In this document: piece after piece, positions 8,418 to 15,507 of the stretch | How positions within the stretch are numbered: the first letter of the stretch is position 1 | How the letters are laid out: the number at the start of each line of letters is the position of its first letter | NCBI GenBank assembly: GCA_048885535.1 | Contig: JBHLLO010000043.1 | Span: forward strand, 1 to 23,925 | Length of the DNA: 23,925 nucleotides | Source of the DNA: Candidatus Hermodarchaeota archaeon | Lineage (GTDB): Archaea; Asgardarchaeota; Lokiarchaeia; Sigyniarchaeales; SOKP01 | Direction: 5' to 3' | Notes under the pieces: generated by a model | What the model saw: only the letters and a program-made list of their open reading frames with translations | Database searches by the model: none | What the model was told of the DNA's origin: nothing | Program-made: the position numbers and the translations under genes

Positions 8418-8957
8418 CTATATTTCTCCTCTCATTTTGGCCAGTTTATATTTACACTTATCTCCGCATCCAACTTCATCATTAGGTTCATGATTTTCAG
8501 AATCAAAATCAATAGGTAAAACAAAATCTTTAGCTATATCAGTTACTATTTCCATAGAAACTGAACTCACATCTGGATTTTTTCTAAAATGATAATTAAC
8601 TACAGCATCAAGCTTAGTTAAACTAGAACTAGCAAGAAGTATGCACATATTGTGCTCTCCACTTAATCTAAAGGCATTTAACATAAATGGACAACATTTT
8701 CCCATATCTAAAACTTCATTTGGATTACGTGTATTTATTTCTACAGTTGCCAAATGAAGTTGTACTTTTTTAAAATTTATCCCTGGTTGAAATTGAAGAA
8801 TCCCTTCCTTCTCAAGTTTCTTTATACGCATACCAACAGTAGGTTGAGATCGATTGATCTTTTCCGCAATTTCAGTGTGAGTTAGATTAGGAGTCTCTTG
8901 TACTAAAGTGATAATCTGTCGGTCAATCTCATCAAGTTTTAATTTTTCTGAAAGCAT
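8418..8957 (-). CDS. Lrp/AsnC family transcriptional regulator (paralogue of 7805..8377)
   Basis: LDEIDRQII...HTEIA...RIKKLEKEGI HTH, LSGEHN in the RAM domain, Cys tail CGDKC. Confidence 0.92.
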   Translation of the reverse strand: MLSEKLKLDEIDRQIITLVQETPNLTHTEIAEKINRSQPTVGMRIKKLEKEGILQFQPGINFKKVQLHLATVEINTRNPNEVLDMGKCCPFMLNAFRLSGEHNMCILLASSSLTKLDAVVNYHFRKNPDVSSVSMEIVTDIAKDFVLPIDFDSENHEPNDEVGCGDKCKYKLAKMRGEI

Positions 8958-9103
8958 ATAAAATACCTTATTTAAACTATATATTGCTTATATAATTTGA
9001 ATAATCATTTCTTCAATTTATTATTTATAATTTTTCATTAAGGATCAGTTAAACATAAACCAATAAGAAGATATTAGTATATTTGAATTTTTGAAGGATG
9101 AAA

Positions 9104-9343
9104 TCAATCTATAGTAATAGCTCGTAATTTACAAGCAGTTGTGCAAATATGACATTTAACGCATCTATCTTCCCTTTCTTCGATAATAATGCTTCTTGGT
9201 TCACTTTCCTTATTTAAAACTTCATAAATTCCTCTAAAACACGCTTCTTCGCATGAAAAATCTCTACACTGCCTACATTTATTAATATCAATATGATGGA
9301 AACGATAACTTTCAATATTAGATTGATTCTCTACCTCACTCAT
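9104..9343 (-). CDS. Small 2x[4Fe-4S] ferredoxin
   Basis: CRQCRDFSCEEAC and CVKCHICTTAC cluster-binding motifs in 79 aa. Confidence 0.88.
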   Translation of the reverse strand: MSEVENQSNIESYRFHHIDINKCRQCRDFSCEEACFRGIYEVLNKESEPRSIIIEEREDRCVKCHICTTACKLRAITID

Positions 9344-9451
9344 TGAATAACGTAAAGTAGATTGATTTTTATCTATTTAGATTATAGATTATAATAAATT
9401 GGTTTTAAATTCTTATTTAACAATTTTAATCACAATAAAAAAAATTTTGTA

Positions 9452-10111
9452 ATGAATGCACCTCTTTTTGATATCTTAGGTCTAAATGAAGGAATCTTTC
9501 TTTCTCGTCCAAATAGATTTATTGCTGAAATAAAGTATAGAAAGAAAGTAGAATTAGCCCATATACATGATCCAGGACGCTTAAAAGAACTATTAATAGA
9601 AGACTCAGAAATACTTTTTACACATTCCCATGGTAAATTAAAATATTATATCAAAGCTGTGAAAGCTGATGATGAATGGATCTTAATAGATACAGCACTT
9701 CACTCAAAAATAGCGAAAAACATATTCAGATTCATCCCGATGTTATCACATGTTAAAGAAATAAAAACTGAGATATCTTTAGGTAATAGTAGAATAGATT
9801 TCATGTTGGATAATATACCCTTAGAAGTGAAAGGGGTAACCCTTGTTAAAAAAGGGATTGCTTTTTTTCCTGATGCTCCCACTGAGAGAGGAACTCGGCA
9901 TGTTCAAGAAATAATCAAAAATGATGGTATAATACTTTTTCTGATATTCCGTAAGGCATCAAGATTTAGCCCAAACTGGGATATGGATCCAAACTTCTCT
10001 GATAAGTTATCAGAGGCAAAAGCCCGAAAAATTCCAATAATTGCCGCCAGGATTAGTTTTGATGGGATAAAAGTATTTTATAATGGAACTATACCCTTAA
10101 TAGATTTTTAA
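9452..10111 (+). CDS. sfsA: DNA/RNA nuclease SfsA (sugar fermentation stimulation protein homologue)
   Basis: RPNRF, HIHDPGRL.EL, SRIDF, EVKGVTL and FPDAPTERG.RH motifs. Confidence 0.93.
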   Translation: MNAPLFDILGLNEGIFLSRPNRFIAEIKYRKKVELAHIHDPGRLKELLIEDSEILFTHSHGKLKYYIKAVKADDEWILIDTALHSKIAKNIFRFIPMLSHVKEIKTEISLGNSRIDFMLDNIPLEVKGVTLVKKGIAFFPDAPTERGTRHVQEIIKNDGIILFLIFRKASRFSPNWDMDPNFSDKLSEAKARKIPIIAARISFDGIKVFYNGTIPLIDF

Positions 10112-10135
10112 ACATTATATTTTAAAAAATTATCA

Positions 10136-10167
10136 TAATTTGAAATATTAAAAATTATTTCAAATTA
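10136..10167. promoter_or_regulatory. Perfect 12-bp inverted repeat between sfsA and hsp20 (operator or hairpin terminator)
   Basis: TAATTTGAAATA-(8 nt)-TATTTCAAATTA. Function is inferred only. Confidence 0.4.
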
Positions 10168-10264
10168 CTATATTCTTTATATTTCATTATCCGAATTTTT
10201 AAAATCTCAAATAAGATATAAAGATAATAGAAATATATTTAAAATATTATATGAGGCATAATTT

Positions 10265-10573
10265 ATGACAGATGAGAAAGAAAAATTTGTATTATCTCCA
10301 GAAGTTTGTGCATGGGCAGATGATGAAAATGAAAATTATCATATTGAAATAACATTGCCTGGTGTTGAGAAAGATACAATTAATCTTAAAATCCATGAAG
10401 ACTCATTTTTCATTAAGGGTGAAACTAACAATACAATTTATGTTGGATCTTATGTTATATGTTGTCCAGTTAAAGCAGAAGAGACAAAAGCAGTGTATAA
10501 AAATGGCATTCTGAAAATTGACGTCCCATTCCAAAATCCAATGGAGAAAGCAATTGATGTAAAAATAGAATAA
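10265..10573 (+). CDS. Small heat-shock protein (Hsp20/alpha-crystallin domain)
   Basis: LPGVEKDTI, KAVYKNGILKI and C-terminal V-K-I (IxI-type) motif. GAGG upstream. Confidence 0.9.
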   Translation: MTDEKEKFVLSPEVCAWADDENENYHIEITLPGVEKDTINLKIHEDSFFIKGETNNTIYVGSYVICCPVKAEETKAVYKNGILKIDVPFQNPMEKAIDVKIE

Positions 10574-10576
10574 ACA

Positions 10577-10597
10577 ATTTTTTTCTTACTTTTTTTT
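10577..10597 (+). terminator. Oligo-T archaeal terminator-like tract after hsp20
   Basis: Two T-runs immediately after the hsp20 stop, at a convergent gene junction. Confidence 0.4.
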
Positions 10598-11972
10598 AAA
10601 TAGGAATTATACCAATTCTACCATTAGGATTTCCAAGACCAAACGAATTAAAAGTCATAAATGCTACAGTTTGGGTCCCAAATAATCCAGATTCATCCCT
10701 ACAAATAATTGGCTGACTTTTTAGCATACTCAGTAATTCAGAATTAGTTAACTCATTATCATTATAAGCAATTGATAATAAACTTTCAGCGAATACTTGT
10801 CTATTCTTTGAGTAATTAAGATCGATTAGGTATTTCTGCCAATATGAGTTTATATATGTATTGGATTGCACCATAGTAGTAGTGGGAATCTGAATCGTAT
10901 GATTTTCTGGAAGTGCTTGTATTGATAAGATTGAGGTACTATTCGCAACCATAAGATTTCTGCTATAAGCACTCTTATTGTTATATACTAGTATTTTATA
11001 AAAATCCTCAATATTTTTGCTATTAGCTAACCCTTCTCTAACTACCACAAAAGTAGGTTCCATAACTGGAGCTTCTACGTTCGTTTGCACTAAATTAGTG
11101 ATTAAAGTTAAACCATATTCATTCTTTCCCATTGGTAAAGCAGGGCATCCACCTAATCTGTAAGTAAATACCATTGGTTTCCCCTCTAATTTATGTAATA
11201 CAAATGATTGAATCCAACTAAATGGCTTTAATAAATCCATATTCTGACCAATTATTACTGATCCATCACCATTTTTAGACCCAAATGCAGTACAACCTAA
11301 GGCCTCATTAATGGATTGCTTTAAGGGATTGATTCGACCATAAACTACTTCGAAAAATACTGATTGTACCAATACATCTCTAAAACTGATATAAAAGCCA
11401 CCACCCGCAGTAGCACCATCACTAATTCCTTGAATTTCCTGTTTATATATCTCAGGTATATAAGACAAGTAGTCTAAGCATAGGCTTTCGAAATCAGAAT
11501 AGGGTAATCCTAATATAGGAGCATACAAATATATCAGAAACTTCATTTTTATAATTTCAGAGGAAAGCTGGTATCCTGTGTGATAACCTAAATCATAATT
11601 ATTATCAGCTTCAATATAAAGGTATTTTTGCCCATAAGAGCTAACCCATTGTGAATTACCGGATATATTCAATCTAAAGAAAGCTATACGATTACTTATA
11701 TTATAAGAAATAAGCAATATACTTGAACTTAAAGTTAAAACTAATATGATAAAACACATTTTCTTCAATTTCTTATGTTTTATACTGCGTTGAAGTTTTA
11801 TCCATATACTTCCATAGTTTTTGACCTTTCTTATAGAAAAAAATCCAATAAGATAATAAATGCCAGAAGTAAAGACAAACGTAAGAATAAGACTTAACCA
11901 AATCAAAATCCTATTACTCCTATTTTTTGAGTAGTTTAAAATAATTTCTATTTTCGAGAATAAAAAGCCCAA
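10596..11972 (-). CDS. Membrane-anchored C45-family Ntn-hydrolase (acyl-CoA:6-APA acyltransferase-like); start uncertain
   Basis: Two N-terminal hydrophobic helices, YDLGYHTG, EIQGISDG, autocleavage/nucleophile G-C-T (ALGCTAF), GQNMD, MGKNEYGL. Confidence 0.8.
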   Translation of the reverse strand: MGFLFSKIEIILNYSKNRSNRILIWLSLILTFVFTSGIYYLIGFFSIRKVKNYGSIWIKLQRSIKHKKLKKMCFIILVLTLSSSILLISYNISNRIAFFRLNISGNSQWVSSYGQKYLYIEADNNYDLGYHTGYQLSSEIIKMKFLIYLYAPILGLPYSDFESLCLDYLSYIPEIYKQEIQGISDGATAGGGFYISFRDVLVQSVFFEVVYGRINPLKQSINEALGCTAFGSKNGDGSVIIGQNMDLLKPFSWIQSFVLHKLEGKPMVFTYRLGGCPALPMGKNEYGLTLITNLVQTNVEAPVMEPTFVVVREGLANSKNIEDFYKILVYNNKSAYSRNLMVANSTSILSIQALPENHTIQIPTTTMVQSNTYINSYWQKYLIDLNYSKNRQVFAESLLSIAYNDNELTNSELLSMLKSQPIICRDESGLFGTQTVAFMTFNSFGLGNPNGRIGIIPI

Positions 11973-12020
11973 TAAAATATTCGAAAATAGGATAAATTAT
12001 GAAAAAAAAGTCATCATTAA

Positions 12021-12959
12021 TTAATATTCAATCTTAATAGCCTTTAAATATTCAAAAGCAGAATAAGCAGCTATAACGCCTTCGGCAACTCCAGTAATAG
12101 CTTGTTTAAAGGGAGCGTCCGCAACGTCTCCAGCAGCATAGATCCCAGCTACACTAGTCTCAGATTTCCGATTTATCACAATTTCACCATTTTTATTAGT
12201 TATAATGCCCATCTTTTTGGCTAAATCAGAATTAGGAATTGAACCTATTTCAATAAATACTCCATCAATATTCAATTTCTTTCCATTCTCAAAAATTACT
12301 GATTTTACATTGTTTTCGCCTTTAATCTCAACAACATTAGTTTTATAAATTATTTCAATCTTCTTATTCTCAAATACACGTTTTTTATTAATAGGTTCAG
12401 CTCTAATATCATCTCCCCGATAAATAATATATACTTTTTGTACAGTTTGAGCTAGAAATAAAGCTTCTTTTGCAGCAGAGTCACTTCCCCCAATTACACA
12501 AACTATCTTATCCTTGTAAAAAGGACCATCGCAAGTAGCACAATATGAAACACCTCGACCAGCAAACTCTTCCTCTCCTGGAATACCCAATTTTCTTCTT
12601 TCTGAACCTGTAGCGATGCAAATACTATATGCTTTGAACTTCTGAAAGAAAGAGTGTAAAATGAAATGATCGTCTTGCCTTTCTATATTTCTTATCTCAT
12701 CTGGGATGTAGGGGATATTTAAAGATTCCATATGTTCCTTAAACATATCCATTAATCCTTGACCGCTTGTAGAGGTTATTCCTGGATAATTTTCAACCAG
12801 ATGAGTAGTTGCAATTAATCCTCCAAATACTTTTCCGATGATTAATACGTCCAATGCGAATCGAGCAGCATAAATTGCACAACCAATTGCAGTGGGACCT
12901 CCTCCCAAAACAATAATATCATAAGTTTTTTCTAAGTCAATATTTTCAATATTGAACAC
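12021..12959 (-). CDS. trxB: Thioredoxin-disulfide reductase (low-Mr, FAD)
   Basis: GGGP FAD motif, GRGVSYCATCDG active site, GGSDSA nucleotide-binding motif, YAAGDV. Confidence 0.95.
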   Translation of the reverse strand: MFNIENIDLEKTYDIIVLGGGPTAIGCAIYAARFALDVLIIGKVFGGLIATTHLVENYPGITSTSGQGLMDMFKEHMESLNIPYIPDEIRNIERQDDHFILHSFFQKFKAYSICIATGSERRKLGIPGEEEFAGRGVSYCATCDGPFYKDKIVCVIGGSDSAAKEALFLAQTVQKVYIIYRGDDIRAEPINKKRVFENKKIEIIYKTNVVEIKGENNVKSVIFENGKKLNIDGVFIEIGSIPNSDLAKKMGIITNKNGEIVINRKSETSVAGIYAAGDVADAPFKQAITGVAEGVIAAYSAFEYLKAIKIEY

Positions 12960-13638
12960 GGATATTCCCTCCTATTAATGCTCTGAGGATTTCATTAGGT
13001 CCCACCATCCCCGCAATTGTTTTTTTATCATTAATAATGGTATATGGAACACCTGCAGCATCATAATACTGACCAATATCAGGATTTTTCGTAATATCTA
13101 TAATAATTGTCCTAATTTTTCCTTCAGCAGCAATTGCAAATTGGTTCGCTATAGTAACAACTTGTGGACAATATGGGCATTGGTTAGTTATCATCACCTT
13201 CAATGAGGACGGAGGAATACGGTCTAAATTCTGCTTTATTGTAGCTTCATAATAATTGGGAGCCCCAGCAAAAATGAATAATGCTTGAATAAATGGTTGA
13301 ATCTCACTGCCTTGAGGGGAAGCTAAATACCTAATGTATTCTCTCCCCTTATTATCAATAAATAATATAGTTGGAACACGCTGAATATCGTATAATTTAG
13401 CAAATTCAGGGTTTTCATCAATCGATAACTCTTCAATAGTCAATAAACCATTTGAATTCTCTTCATATACTCTTAAAAAAGACATAAATTGGTCACAATC
13501 CATACAAGCTCTTATTTTTGTTCCATCCGGTTTAGCTGATTGAGAAGTGACTACTTTTAGCTTAACTGGTCTGGTCAATTTTCCCATTTCTCTTTTAATA
13601 ATCTCTCTATATTTATCATTCTGTGAAATTATAATCAC
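12946..13638 (-). CDS. Protein disulfide oxidoreductase (two thioredoxin folds, PDO / AhpF-NTD-like), copy 2
   Basis: CMDC and CPYC motifs with RVPT and GVPY cis-Pro loops. Overlaps the trxB start by 14 nt. Confidence 0.9.
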   Translation of the reverse strand: MIIISQNDKYREIIKREMGKLTRPVKLKVVTSQSAKPDGTKIRACMDCDQFMSFLRVYEENSNGLLTIEELSIDENPEFAKLYDIQRVPTILFIDNKGREYIRYLASPQGSEIQPFIQALFIFAGAPNYYEATIKQNLDRIPPSSLKVMITNQCPYCPQVVTIANQFAIAAEGKIRTIIIDITKNPDIGQYYDAAGVPYTIINDKKTIAGMVGPNEILRALIGGNIRVQY

Positions 13639-13659
13639 ATCACTTCTTGATTAATAAAA

Positions 13660-14361
13660 TTATGCATACATTCCTCCAAAATCTCGTAGACCTTTTGTGA
13701 GTTTATCTAATAAGTCTTGGGGGGTAAACATCCCATAAATATGTTCTTCTTCATTGATGATCGTATGTGGAACTCCCTGCACATGATATTTCATTGCAAT
13801 ATCAGGATTTAAATCAACATCAATAATTTCTACAGATAGCTTTCCTTTTGAAACTATTGCAAATAGAGTGAGTACAGGTACTGTTTGGGGACAATATGGA
13901 CAAGTTTGCGTTATAAAGATCTTGCTTTTTGAGTTAGATATCTTTTTAAGATTTGTAAGAATTTGATCTGCATAATAAGGTCTTACTCCTGAAAAATATT
14001 GAATGCTGTTAAGAAAAGGTACAAATTCAGCTCCAATGGGATGAGTAGAAAATCGAATAATTTCATTATCATCCTCATCAATAAATAGTATCGCTGGTAT
14101 ACGTGTAACATCATACTTTTTTGACTCTTCTTTGTTTTCTTCTATAGAATATTCCTCAATTTTCAATTTTCCACTTGAATATTCTACTAAAGTTTTCAAT
14201 AATGCATAGGTTCCTTCACAGGCCATACAATTTCTTTTCTTTGACCCATCAGCTTCAGTTCTAAAATCAGTAAACAGTTTTAAAACTACTTTATTCTTCA
14301 ATTTACTCATTTCCCGTTTAATATTTTCAATTTCATTAGGAGAAAACATCATAAAAATCAA
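13660..14361 (-). CDS. Protein disulfide oxidoreductase (two thioredoxin folds), copy 1; start probably ATG 14352 or 14349
   Basis: CMAC and CPYC motifs with RIPA and GVPH loops. C-terminus RDFGGMYA. Confidence 0.9.
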   Translation of the reverse strand: MIFMMFSPNEIENIKREMSKLKNKVVLKLFTDFRTEADGSKKRNCMACEGTYALLKTLVEYSSGKLKIEEYSIEENKEESKKYDVTRIPAILFIDEDDNEIIRFSTHPIGAEFVPFLNSIQYFSGVRPYYADQILTNLKKISNSKSKIFITQTCPYCPQTVPVLTLFAIVSKGKLSVEIIDVDLNPDIAMKYHVQGVPHTIINEEEHIYGMFTPQDLLDKLTKGLRDFGGMYA

Positions 14362-14520
14362 TCTATTTAGTTCGTCCTATTATGATTATTTGAATTCAAA
14401 TTTAAAATTTTTTTTCATTTAAATTATAAATTCACCTAAATGAGACTCGTGTTTCTATAACTTAGCAGTTAACTCAATTAATAATTAAAAAATTGCTCCA
14501 ATTTAAATAGAGCTTTTAAT

Positions 14521-15021
14521 TCACGTTCCTAACTGTTTAATAAATTCATATATTTTAGAACCAAAAAAGTCTCCAGTTTTACCAGTTTTTTTATACCCAT
14601 TTTTCTCGTAAAATCTTTGAGCTTTCTTAAGTACTTTAGTTGTGTCTAGACTTATTATTATACAACCTTCTTTTCGAGCATCAAGTTCAACATGTTGCAG
14701 CAAACTTTTTGCAGGGCTATTTTTTCCTTGCCAACTAGGGATAACTCCCATTCCTCGAATATGAGCTTCACTTTGATTGACTTTCTGCCAACTAATGGTC
14801 CCAATTAATTCACCATTTTCATTAGCTGCTATATAAACATTCATTTCTTTAATACGATCTTTAGCTGTTTCTTCTGATATTACTGTATCGTTAAATCCTT
14901 CTGGAGAATAATAATGGCTAAATTCTTCAAAAGCAGCTAATAAAACCTTATGAATAGCTTTAGCGTCATCTATCTTTGCACGACGGATAAAAAATTTATT
15001 AGACATTATGAAATAATTCAA
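14521..15021 (-). CDS. GNAT family N-acetyltransferase (start possibly ATG 15006)
   Basis: IRRAKIDD, motif A V.PSWQGK (variant), motif B AQRFYEKNGY. Confidence 0.9.
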   Translation of the reverse strand: MNYFIMSNKFFIRRAKIDDAKAIHKVLLAAFEEFSHYYSPEGFNDTVISEETAKDRIKEMNVYIAANENGELIGTISWQKVNQSEAHIRGMGVIPSWQGKNSPAKSLLQHVELDARKEGCIIISLDTTKVLKKAQRFYEKNGYKKTGKTGDFFGSKIYEFIKQLGT

Positions 15022-15103
15022 TTTAATTTTATTTACGGAATTATAAACTTTTAAAAATCCAAATTGGAATTAATTTTAAATCTTTAAGATATAAATTATT
15101 AAT

Positions 15104-15484
15104 ATGAAATGTTTAAGAAAGTATTATTTGATTTATGGTTTTATTCTCATTATTTTAAGCATTTTATTGTTATTTAAATATTTACCCAATGCAATTGTAT
15201 CAATTATTACTTCAAATGAACATTTCCTTGATTTAATTAGTTTAGTTTGGCCCATACTTGGTTTGAGCGTGGCATTTGAATTCTTACGAAAAAAGATAGA
15301 TGTATGGGGTTGGGGAGGCATTTTGTTCTTCATATTTATATTATATTGTGGAATTTATTATTTATTATTGGTTCTCATATCCCTTTTCAATTTTTCTATT
15401 AGTTTTGGATTTGTTATTGATTTTATTCTTAATATCTCTATATGCTCAATTGCTTGGCTTGCATACTTCTTATATTATGATTAA
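15104..15484 (+). CDS. Small 4-TM membrane protein of unknown function
   Basis: Four hydrophobic stretches. Lies 23 nt upstream of the co-oriented GH38 gene. Confidence 0.6.
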   Translation: MKCLRKYYLIYGFILIILSILLLFKYLPNAIVSIITSNEHFLDLISLVWPILGLSVAFEFLRKKIDVWGWGGILFFIFILYCGIYYLLLVLISLFNFSISFGFVIDFILNISICSIAWLAYFLYYD

Positions 15485-15507
15485 TCGAAAGTTGAGGTAA
15501 ATTAAGT

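Noticed and set aside
7805-8957. Lrp pair as siroheme decarboxylase AhbA/AhbB (NirDL-like)
   Set aside because: They lack the HCY.R / YN.F.M.H-type motifs, are convergent, and have no heme-biosynthesis neighbours.
6693-9882. Short ORFs 6693..6965, 7285..7539, 7927..8139, 9700..9882
   Set aside because: All lie antisense within confident genes.
11973-12017. In-frame ATG ATG at 12017 followed by TAA upstream of the C45 gene (possible disrupted N-terminus)
   Set aside because: More simply explained as the T8 terminator-like tract after trxB. It cannot be distinguished from chance without orthologues.
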